DNA of 64,000 nt, taken from Candidatus Ozemobacteraceae bacterium. GTDB taxonomy: Bacteria > Muiribacteriota > Ozemobacteria > Ozemobacterales > Ozemobacteraceae. The DNA lies in NCBI GenBank assembly GCA_965140445.1, contig OZ223236.1, positions 3,776,001-3,840,000 of the forward strand. Reading direction: 5' to 3'. This document shows positions 56,887 to 64,000 of the stretch, piece after piece. The notes beneath the pieces are model-generated. The model was not told the DNA's origin. It worked only from the letters and a program-made list of their open reading frames with translations, and did not search any database. The translations under genes and the position numbers were made by a program. Each line of letters opens with the position of its first letter. Positions within the stretch are counted from its first letter, which is position 1.

Positions 56887-57798
56887 ATGAAAATTTTAGT
56901 CTTCGGCGGAACACGCTTTTTTGGCAGGCACCTGATAAATTGTCTTTTAGATCATGGGCATGAAGTTACAGTCGCCACAAGAGGTAATGAAGAGTTAAAT
57001 TTCGCTGCCTCAGTTTCGCATCATAAAATTGACAGAACGAATGAAGCGTCATTGATCAGGCTTGCTCAAGCAACTGGGGATTTTGATCTAATCTATGACC
57101 AGATATGCTTTTCTCCAATAGAAGCTAAATTGCTCTGTGACAACTTTGCAGGCAAAACTGGAAGACTCATCTTCACTTCCTCTCAATCAGTTTATAACTA
57201 CGGGAAAAATCAATCTGAATCCAGCTTTGATCCCTTTAAACTGGAGATAGAAATGAAGCCAATGGAAAAACTTGGTTATGCTGCAGCCAAACGACATTCT
57301 GAAGCTTACTATTTCCAAAGGAGCCCATTTGATGTGGTTGCGGTTAGATTTCCGCTGGTTCTGGGCACCGATGACTATACGGGAAGACTAAGTTTTCATG
57401 TAAAAAAGATCATTAATCAAAAACCAATTTATTTCCCGGATCTTAAGGCAAAAATCTCAATGATAGACTCTAAAAGTGCGGGAAAATTTTTGTGCTGGTT
57501 AAGCTCAAACAATATCCAGGGGCCCATAAATGCATGCTCCACAGGAGACCTGTCACTTGAAGAGCTTCTAAACATGATTGAAAAAGCAACCGGAAAAAAA
57601 GCAATACTCACCAACGTACAAGATGATCCAGCCACATCTCCGTATGGAATAGAAAACGATTGCACAATGGATTCCAGCAGAGCTGTAAACGCTGGGTTCG
57701 AGTTCGACGAGATCCACAACTGGTTGCCAAAATTGATAGAAAACGAGGTTGAGACAATCCTTAAAACCTCAGCAGCGGCTGCAGTAGCTGAAAGCTAA
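56887..57798 (+). CDS. NAD-dependent epimerase/dehydratase family protein
   Basis: VFGGTRFFG, TSSQSVY, YAAAK. Confidence 0.88.
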   Translation: MKILVFGGTRFFGRHLINCLLDHGHEVTVATRGNEELNFAASVSHHKIDRTNEASLIRLAQATGDFDLIYDQICFSPIEAKLLCDNFAGKTGRLIFTSSQSVYNYGKNQSESSFDPFKLEIEMKPMEKLGYAAAKRHSEAYYFQRSPFDVVAVRFPLVLGTDDYTGRLSFHVKKIINQKPIYFPDLKAKISMIDSKSAGKFLCWLSSNNIQGPINACSTGDLSLEELLNMIEKATGKKAILTNVQDDPATSPYGIENDCTMDSSRAVNAGFEFDEIHNWLPKLIENEVETILKTSAAAAVAES

Positions 57799-57806
57799 CT
57801 AATAGT

Positions 57807-58703
57807 ATGCTTCTGAAAAAATACGAGCACTCAGGCAAACTAGGCATAAGCGTGCCGCTGATAATTCTCGCAGGAATTTCCGGAGCAGCTGTTTTAGCAG
57901 CAATTTACTCTGCCTCAGTTGTTTATATTCCCATTGGCGGTTCAATAAATTTTGTTTTTACCTTCCTTTTCGCCTTGGGATTAGGCTATATGAACTCCTG
58001 GCTTGGCTACCTGGGAAAGTGCAGAAACCCTTTTATTCTTGGCATAATGGGGTTAGGAACCGGGCTAATCGGCTTATACTGGTCATGGTGTTTTTTTATT
58101 GTCTTTCTATTTGAGAAAAATGCCATTCCGGGTATTACTGCGACTGCAATAGCCACATCGCCCAGCGTGCTTTTTGATATCATAAGGAATATAAACGCCA
58201 CAGGCTGGTTTTCCATAAAAGGCGCGACCCCTTCAGGCGTTCTTCTCTGGGTTCTGTGGTTAATTGAAGCACTCGTTGTTTTATTCTTTGCGTTTGATGC
58301 CTCATCTAAGAAAATTGTTGATAGAGTTTTTTGTGAAAACTGCAATGAATGGGCACATGAAGCAAAAGGAATTGATCTGGATTTACCTGAAAATAATGAA
58401 GAATTCCAGGCGCTTTTAAATGGAGATGTAGAAGTAATAAAAAATTCAAATCAGGTTGAAGGGGATTTTTTTCCCAGAATGCAATTGCTGCCAATTTCTT
58501 GCAACTCATGCTCAAATACACAGGGAGTTAGAATGATGCTGGCCAGCCTTGAACAAAATGAAGAAGGTAAATTCACAGAAAAAGTTTCAAATCTTACCGG
58601 ACCATTTTTAGCAGATAAAGACTGTTTCCAGGAATTGCTGGACATGGACAAAGCCCCGTTTAGAGAGATTGAAGAGCAAGCAGAGGAAACTGAGGAAGAA
58701 TAG
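57807..58703 (+). CDS. Membrane protein with C-terminal Zn-ribbon-like Cys pairs
   Basis: Four TMs; FCENCNEW and CNSC. Confidence 0.75.
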   Translation: MLLKKYEHSGKLGISVPLIILAGISGAAVLAAIYSASVVYIPIGGSINFVFTFLFALGLGYMNSWLGYLGKCRNPFILGIMGLGTGLIGLYWSWCFFIVFLFEKNAIPGITATAIATSPSVLFDIIRNINATGWFSIKGATPSGVLLWVLWLIEALVVLFFAFDASSKKIVDRVFCENCNEWAHEAKGIDLDLPENNEEFQALLNGDVEVIKNSNQVEGDFFPRMQLLPISCNSCSNTQGVRMMLASLEQNEEGKFTEKVSNLTGPFLADKDCFQELLDMDKAPFREIEEQAEETEEE

Positions 58704-58769
58704 GCTGGCAGATTCAGAAATTTCAACCAATCTTTACCTAATAAAGCCAATCTGGTAAGCTTTTATTCA

Positions 58770-59357
58770 ATGCAAATTTCCAGAATCCTTATTTTGTACT
58801 TAATTTTGTTCTGTGGCGTTAGCTCCCAGGTAAATTGTGAAACATTTCAACCTGAGATAGATCGTCTATTCTCAAAATTTTGCAAAAATCTAACTTCTGA
58901 GCAACTCGCACCGAATTCATGTTTAGAAACCTCTACAAACTTCTATTCTTTTTTAATGGATGAAAAGTTTGATACGTTTGGACTCAGAATTGTATTTATG
59001 GCGCGAGCACCCAGGGGACAAAAAATCTATAAAATTAATGTAAACGACAATTTCCTCTCAAACAAAGCAGTTAAAGCAAAAAATAGAATTTGCCATGCTT
59101 TCATCAATTTTGATGGAACAGTTTTTGATCCATATTATAAAAATTCTCCATGTAGCATTGAAAAATATTTCAAAGAATTCTGGTCCCAGGAAGATCACCT
59201 TAACGAACTATGGCTATTTTCAATCAGACTTAAAGATTTTCCAGATTTTGCTGGCTTCAGCCAAAAAGATGCAACTCCAAAACTCATGAAATTTATCCCG
59301 GTTGATTACAAATTTTTAATTGAAAATCCTCATCATCTATCAAAGAGAAAACCATAA
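58770..59357 (+). CDS. Secreted protein with putative papain-like Cys-His-Asp triad
   Basis: NSCLETS...CHAFINFDGTVFDPYY...PCSIEKYFKEFW. Confidence 0.5.
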   Translation: MQISRILILYLILFCGVSSQVNCETFQPEIDRLFSKFCKNLTSEQLAPNSCLETSTNFYSFLMDEKFDTFGLRIVFMARAPRGQKIYKINVNDNFLSNKAVKAKNRICHAFINFDGTVFDPYYKNSPCSIEKYFKEFWSQEDHLNELWLFSIRLKDFPDFAGFSQKDATPKLMKFIPVDYKFLIENPHHLSKRKP

Positions 59358-60406
59358 TGAAACAAATTTTTGAACAAATTCTAATAAGCCCGCACCACAC
59401 AGTCCTGGAAACCCTAAAAATTATTGATGACGCAGCTTTAGAGATAGCTTTGGTTGTTGATGAATCAGGACGACTACTTGGAACTGTTACAGATGGTGAT
59501 ATCAGGCGCGGGTTAATTCGTGGTATTTCGCTGGAAACAAGCATCGATGTTCTTATGAACAAAAACCCGGTAACGGCCAATCAATCTGTTCCTGATGATG
59601 AGTTAATGTTTACCATGACCAGCTTTTCCATAAAACATTTACCTATAATTTCATCAGATAACAAAATTGTAAAACTCGTTTTACTTAAAGATCTCTTTTC
59701 CAGAAAAACCAGACCGAATCTGGCAGTAATTATGGCTGGGGGGCTTGGTTCCCGACTTGGGCCTCTAACCAAAAACACACCAAAGCCTTTGCTCAACGTA
59801 GGCGACAAACCATTGCTGTCAACTACAGTAGAACAACTTTCGAGACACGGAATAGAGAAGGTTTTTATCTCAATAAATTACAAGGCAGATCGAATCAAAG
59901 AATATTTTGCAGAAAATCCAGCTTCTGGAATAGAAGTCAATTTTCTGGAAGAAAAGGAATTTCTGGGAACTGCAGGAGCGATTTCATTGCTTCCTGAAGA
60001 ACCGTCTGCGCCTTTTATTGTAATGAACGGTGACATAGTATCTCCAATTAATTTTGGTAATCTACTCGACTACCATCAGGCATCGAATAAATCTATGACT
60101 CTATGCACACGGGAATTCAATTTTCAAATTCCATATGGCGTGGTAAGGCTTAGAGGAAACGAACTTGAAAGCATGCAGGAAAAACCGGAGCATACGATAA
60201 TCATTAATGCAGGAATTTACGTTTTAAATCCAGAAGTAAAGCAGCTTGTGCCTGAAAATACCAGTATTGATATGCCGGATTTGATTGAAAAGGTTATGAA
60301 AGAGCAATCAGGGGCAGCCTGTTTTCCTGTTGCAGATTTCTGGCTGGACATCGGAAATCCCAAAGATTATAGTAAGGCTCAGGAAGCCTTCGCAAAGTTG
60401 AAATAA
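59357..60406 (+). CDS. CBS-domain sugar-phosphate nucleotidyltransferase (PtmE-like)
   Basis: GTVTDGDIRR, IMAGGLGSRLGPLT, PKPLL, LGTAG, VMNGD, WLDIG. Confidence 0.9.
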   Translation: MKQIFEQILISPHHTVLETLKIIDDAALEIALVVDESGRLLGTVTDGDIRRGLIRGISLETSIDVLMNKNPVTANQSVPDDELMFTMTSFSIKHLPIISSDNKIVKLVLLKDLFSRKTRPNLAVIMAGGLGSRLGPLTKNTPKPLLNVGDKPLLSTTVEQLSRHGIEKVFISINYKADRIKEYFAENPASGIEVNFLEEKEFLGTAGAISLLPEEPSAPFIVMNGDIVSPINFGNLLDYHQASNKSMTLCTREFNFQIPYGVVRLRGNELESMQEKPEHTIIINAGIYVLNPEVKQLVPENTSIDMPDLIEKVMKEQSGAACFPVADFWLDIGNPKDYSKAQEAFAKLK

Positions 60407-60407
60407 C

Positions 60408-61415
60408 ATGAATAAAACAATTATAGAGTTAAAAAATAAAAATATTCTGGTAACTGGTGCCGCAGGATTTATTGGCAGCCACCTCGTAGAAGAGCTTCTT
60501 AGAGCTGGAAACAGAGTAAAAGCTTTAATCAGATACAACTCCAGGTCTGATATAGGCTTCCTAAAAGAGCTTGCCCCGGAACTCTTAACAAACATGGAAA
60601 TAATCCATGGCGATGTCAGAGATCCCTTCGCTGTGGATTCAGCAGTAGCTGGTGTAGACGTGGTTTTTCATCTTGCTGCCTTAATTGGGATTCCATTCTC
60701 CTATACAGCTCCTCAAAGTTATGTAGCGACCAACATTTCCGGCACTCTTAATGTGCTTGAAGCCTGCAAAAAGCATTCTATAAAAAAAGTCGTTTTAACC
60801 TCAACCTCTGAGGTTTATGGAACCGCCCTTTTCACACCAATAACAGAAGAACACCCACTTCAGCCACAATCCCCCTACTCTGCAAGCAAAATTTCTGCAG
60901 ATGCCCTTGGGGTTTCCTACACAAAATCTTTTAATCTTCCTGTCAGTATTGTCAGGCCATTTAATACATTTGGACCAAGGCAATCTATGCGGGCAGTGAT
61001 TCCAACAATAATTGTCCAGGCTTTAAACAGAGATAAAATAAGTCTGGGAGACCTCACAACGACCAGAGATTTTAATTTTATAACCGATACAGTTAGTGGC
61101 TTTATTGCTGTTGCAGAGAAAGGCAAACCAGACGGAACGGTATACAATATTGCAACAGAAAACGGAATTACTATTGAGCAAACTGCAAAAAAAATCCTGG
61201 AAATTGTCGGCAGGTCCCTGCCTATTGAAACTGATTTAGCAAGACACAGACCACCAGAATCTGAAGTCAGAAAACTCATTGGCAGTTCGCAAAGGGCACA
61301 ACAAGAATTGGGATGGCGCCAGGAAATCACCTTTGAGCAAGGTTTAATAGAAACTATTTCCTGGGTAAATATGAATTTGGATAAGTTTCCAAACTCCAAT
61401 AGTTATGCAAAATAA
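60408..61415 (+). CDS. legB: NDP-GlcNAc 4,6-dehydratase (LegB-like)
   Basis: VTGAAGFIGSHL, HLAALIGIPFSY, TSTSEVYG, QSPYSASK, RPFNTFGPRQS. Confidence 0.8.
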   Translation: MNKTIIELKNKNILVTGAAGFIGSHLVEELLRAGNRVKALIRYNSRSDIGFLKELAPELLTNMEIIHGDVRDPFAVDSAVAGVDVVFHLAALIGIPFSYTAPQSYVATNISGTLNVLEACKKHSIKKVVLTSTSEVYGTALFTPITEEHPLQPQSPYSASKISADALGVSYTKSFNLPVSIVRPFNTFGPRQSMRAVIPTIIVQALNRDKISLGDLTTTRDFNFITDTVSGFIAVAEKGKPDGTVYNIATENGITIEQTAKKILEIVGRSLPIETDLARHRPPESEVRKLIGSSQRAQQELGWRQEITFEQGLIETISWVNMNLDKFPNSNSYAK

Positions 61416-62481
61416 TATCTCTGAAAATTGCCTTAAGACAGGCCACTTTGCACGAACATTTGTTATTGCAGAAGCCGGGGTAAATCACAATGGCGATTTT
61501 GATACCGCCATTAAACTTATTGATGCAGCAAAAATAGCTGGCGCAGATGCGGTCAAATTTCAAACTTTTAAGGCTCATGAGTGCACAAATCCAAATTCAC
61601 CGCTCGCCGAATATCAGGAAAAAAATTCACAAGAAATTACCAATCAATTCGATCTGTTAAAATCATTGGAATTGGATTTTGCAGATTTTGATAAACTTAA
61701 ATCCTACGCAGAAGAAAAAGGGCTCATCTTCCTTTCCACACCAGACGGCCTCGAAAGCCTCCATAAGCTCGAACAAATAAAAGTTTCTGCAATAAAAATT
61801 GGCTCCGGAGAACTTAATAACAAACTTTTTTTATCTCAAATAGGAAAAACCGGTTTACCAGTGATTCTTTCTACAGGAATGGGAACAATTGGGGAAGTTC
61901 AAAATGCAATCGAAATTTTATCTAACTCAGGAGCAGGAAAATTACATCTCCTCCATTGCACGACTGGATATCCAATAACAGAATCAGAAGCAAATCTAAG
62001 AGTTATTACAACTCTTCAGCAGGCCTTTCAACTGCCAACCGGCTATTCTGATCACACTCTTGGCATTGAAGCAGCGATTGCAGCTGTAAGCCTGGGTGCC
62101 AAAATAATAGAAAAGCATCTTACTCTGGATAAATCTATGCACGGTCCCGATCACCTTGCTTCAGCGAATCCTGATGAGTTCCAAAAAATGGTTTCTGCGA
62201 TCAGAAAAGTGGAAAAAATGCTGGGGAATCCCATCAAAGTTCCATCCGAATCCGAATTAGAAATAGTTAAATCAGTCAGAAGAAGTCTTTGTGTAAATAC
62301 CAGTATAAAGAAAGGTCAGGCTATAACAGCAGACAAACTTGAGTTAAAAAGACCTGGAACCGGTATTTCACCTGAATTTTATGAGATAATTATCGGCCGT
62401 GTAGCTGCCAAAGATCTTGCCAGGAATGAAGTTCTAACCTGGTCAGCAATTGGAGGATTTTCAGTTGCTAATGCTGATTGA
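61405..62481 (+). CDS. neuB: Nonulosonic acid synthase (NeuB/LegI family)
   Basis: IAEAGVNHNG, DAVKFQTF, KIGSGE, LSTGM, LLHCT, GYSDHT, IEKH, GPDH, SAF domain. Confidence 0.92.
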   Translation: MQNNISENCLKTGHFARTFVIAEAGVNHNGDFDTAIKLIDAAKIAGADAVKFQTFKAHECTNPNSPLAEYQEKNSQEITNQFDLLKSLELDFADFDKLKSYAEEKGLIFLSTPDGLESLHKLEQIKVSAIKIGSGELNNKLFLSQIGKTGLPVILSTGMGTIGEVQNAIEILSNSGAGKLHLLHCTTGYPITESEANLRVITTLQQAFQLPTGYSDHTLGIEAAIAAVSLGAKIIEKHLTLDKSMHGPDHLASANPDEFQKMVSAIRKVEKMLGNPIKVPSESELEIVKSVRRSLCVNTSIKKGQAITADKLELKRPGTGISPEFYEIIIGRVAAKDLARNEVLTWSAIGGFSVANAD

Positions 62482-63520
62482 AATAGCCAATAAAAAAAGC
62501 TGGAATGATTATCTTGCAAAAATAGATGATTTCCCAGCAAAATCATATTACAGGTTCTGGTATGCACAAGCTTGTGAAATTTCCGACTCTGCAAAAGCCT
62601 GTGCTGTTTACTTTGAGGGACCAGATTCAGGCAAGGTTTTTTATCCATTTTTATTAAAAAAAGTGCCGGAAATAATTTCAAAAAACGATTTTTACAGCGT
62701 GGAATCTTTTTATGGATACGGTGGTCCACACTTCCAGAACTGTTCAGAAAAAGATATTGCAGTTTTCTTTTCCGAAATTGAAAAGTGGTTTGAAAAGCAA
62801 AATGTAGTTGCCGAATTTGTAAGATTTAACCCGTTCACCCGAAATCACTTACTTGCAAAAGACAATTACGCTCTTGAGCATAACAGAACAACTGTGTATG
62901 TTCAGCTAAATACTGAGGATGAAAATTTCGATCCGATCAGCTCATTCTCCCCCGCCCGATTGAGAAACTATAAAAAATCTTTGAATTCAGAGCTGGTAAT
63001 CAAAGTAAGCAGATCTATCCATAATTTCCAGGAAATTTATGAAAAAACTATGTGCAGGCTTAGCGCCTCTGAATATTTACGCTTTTCAAGCGAGTATTTT
63101 GCCCATCTGGCTAATATTGTTCAAAATTCAGATGAAATATTAATTTTCGAAGTTCATCGCCACAACCAATGCATCGCCGCTTCAATGATTTTTAACGAGA
63201 AAAACGCTCTACATTACCACCTTGGAGGCATGGACAAAGATTTTAAAGAGTTTTACCCCAGTGTATATTTGTTCTCTGAAGTCATAAAATTTGGCAATTC
63301 CAGGAACAGGAAAATTCTTCATCTTGGCGGTGGCTTGTCCATGGATCAAAATGACGGGCTTTTCCGTTTTAAAAAAGGATTTTCAAGAACTACTCTTGAC
63401 TTTTACATCGGAAAAAAGATACATAATCACCCTGTATATAAAGAGCTATCAAAGAAATGGTCAGCCCTTTCAAATAAAAAGTCATCAAGATTTCTACACT
63501 TTCATGACACAATAAAATAA
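62471..63520 (+). CDS. GNAT/FemAB-like acyltransferase
   Basis: SFYGYGGP, EFVRFNP, HYHLGG, LHLGGG, LFRFKKGF. Confidence 0.85.
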   Translation: MLIEIANKKSWNDYLAKIDDFPAKSYYRFWYAQACEISDSAKACAVYFEGPDSGKVFYPFLLKKVPEIISKNDFYSVESFYGYGGPHFQNCSEKDIAVFFSEIEKWFEKQNVVAEFVRFNPFTRNHLLAKDNYALEHNRTTVYVQLNTEDENFDPISSFSPARLRNYKKSLNSELVIKVSRSIHNFQEIYEKTMCRLSASEYLRFSSEYFAHLANIVQNSDEILIFEVHRHNQCIAASMIFNEKNALHYHLGGMDKDFKEFYPSVYLFSEVIKFGNSRNRKILHLGGGLSMDQNDGLFRFKKGFSRTTLDFYIGKKIHNHPVYKELSKKWSALSNKKSSRFLHFHDTIK

Positions 63521-63548
63521 ATTGATCCTGGCAAAATGGAGCTTGAAA

Positions 63549-64000
63549 ATGCAAACTTTCGACAAGCAGTGGGAAAAAGTTCATTCTGAAAAAAATTGGG
63601 GTAAATACCCAACAGAAGAAGTCATACGCTTTGTTGCCAGAAATTTCTTCAAGTGTGAAAACAGAAAATCCATAAAAATCCTTGATTTTGGCTGTGGAAC
63701 AGGCGCAAATGCATGGTTTGTTTCTCGGGAAGGCTTTGATCTCATAGCCTTTGACGGTTCATTTAGTGCATTAAAGAAAGCCCGGAAAAATTGCCTTGAA
63801 AGCATTAATAATGCCTCCTTCTTAAACGCCGATGGCGGACAGCTGCCATTTAAAAACAACTCCTTTGACGCAATAATAGATTCTGCAGCCATCTCAGCGA
63901 ATTCTCTTTCTGGAATTCGTCAACTTCTGAAAGAAAGTTTTAGAGTTTTAAAACCAGGCGGAAAATTTTTCTCATCAGGCCTTTTTAAAAGATCAATGAC
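63549..64000 (+). CDS. Class I SAM-dependent methyltransferase (runs off the window)
   Basis: Not in the ORF track; MQTFDKQWEKVHSEKNWGKYPTEEVIRF...ILDFGCGTGANAW...LPFKNNSFDAII...RVLKPGG. Confidence 0.88.
   Translation, partial: MQTFDKQWEKVHSEKNWGKYPTEEVIRFVARNFFKCENRKSIKILDFGCGTGANAWFVSREGFDLIAFDGSFSALKKARKNCLESINNASFLNADGGQLPFKNNSFDAIIDSAAISANSLSGIRQLLKESFRVLKPGGKFFSSGLFKRSM

Noticed and set aside
63581..63892. 103-aa minus-strand ORF
   Set aside because: Antisense to the methyltransferase starting at 63549
1..64000. CRISPR array, rRNA, intact tRNA, integron integrase
   Set aside because: No regularly spaced repeats, no cloverleaf or rRNA-like segment, and no tyrosine recombinase ORF seen

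Overview
AT-rich bacterial chromosome segment; the host lineage cannot be fixed from the sequence alone. No rRNA, intact tRNA or CRISPR array was seen. Left flank (1-22.5 kb): a TfoX-N gene, a tandem array of four paralogous membrane-anchored proteins, HIT, ParB-N-like, NFACT-R, a secreted EF-hand protein, pullulanase and a membrane spermidine-synthase-like protein. It also has a PAS/sigma54 activator followed by a perfect sigma54 promoter driving a 31-codon ORF, an antiporter, an Fe-S protein, a hydrolase, an orphan PhnD-like protein and a CHASE2-SH3-M48 operon. Middle (~22.9-42.35 kb): a defence/accessory island with a complete AVAST type 1 (avs1a-b-c) operon, an RloA/RloB pair, ISL3/IS21/IS256 debris, one intact-looking and three decayed integron attC-like sites with no integrase in view, a duplicated TPR gene remnant and several orphan genes. 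The best novelty candidate is the gene pair at 38087-39334: a 2-TM protein ending in two beta-rich pseudo-repeats, next to a secreted TPR protein that starts with a matching single repeat. This resembles amyloid-motif signalling, here possibly extracytoplasmic. Right flank (42.5-64 kb): ychF, an IMPase/kinase pair, a TGS-fused nucleoside kinase with an attenuator-like leader, cob(I)alamin adenosyltransferase, oligopeptidase B, STAS, DUF362, and the start of a legionaminic-acid-type nonulosonate cluster. All family calls come from motif recognition by eye; no database search was run.
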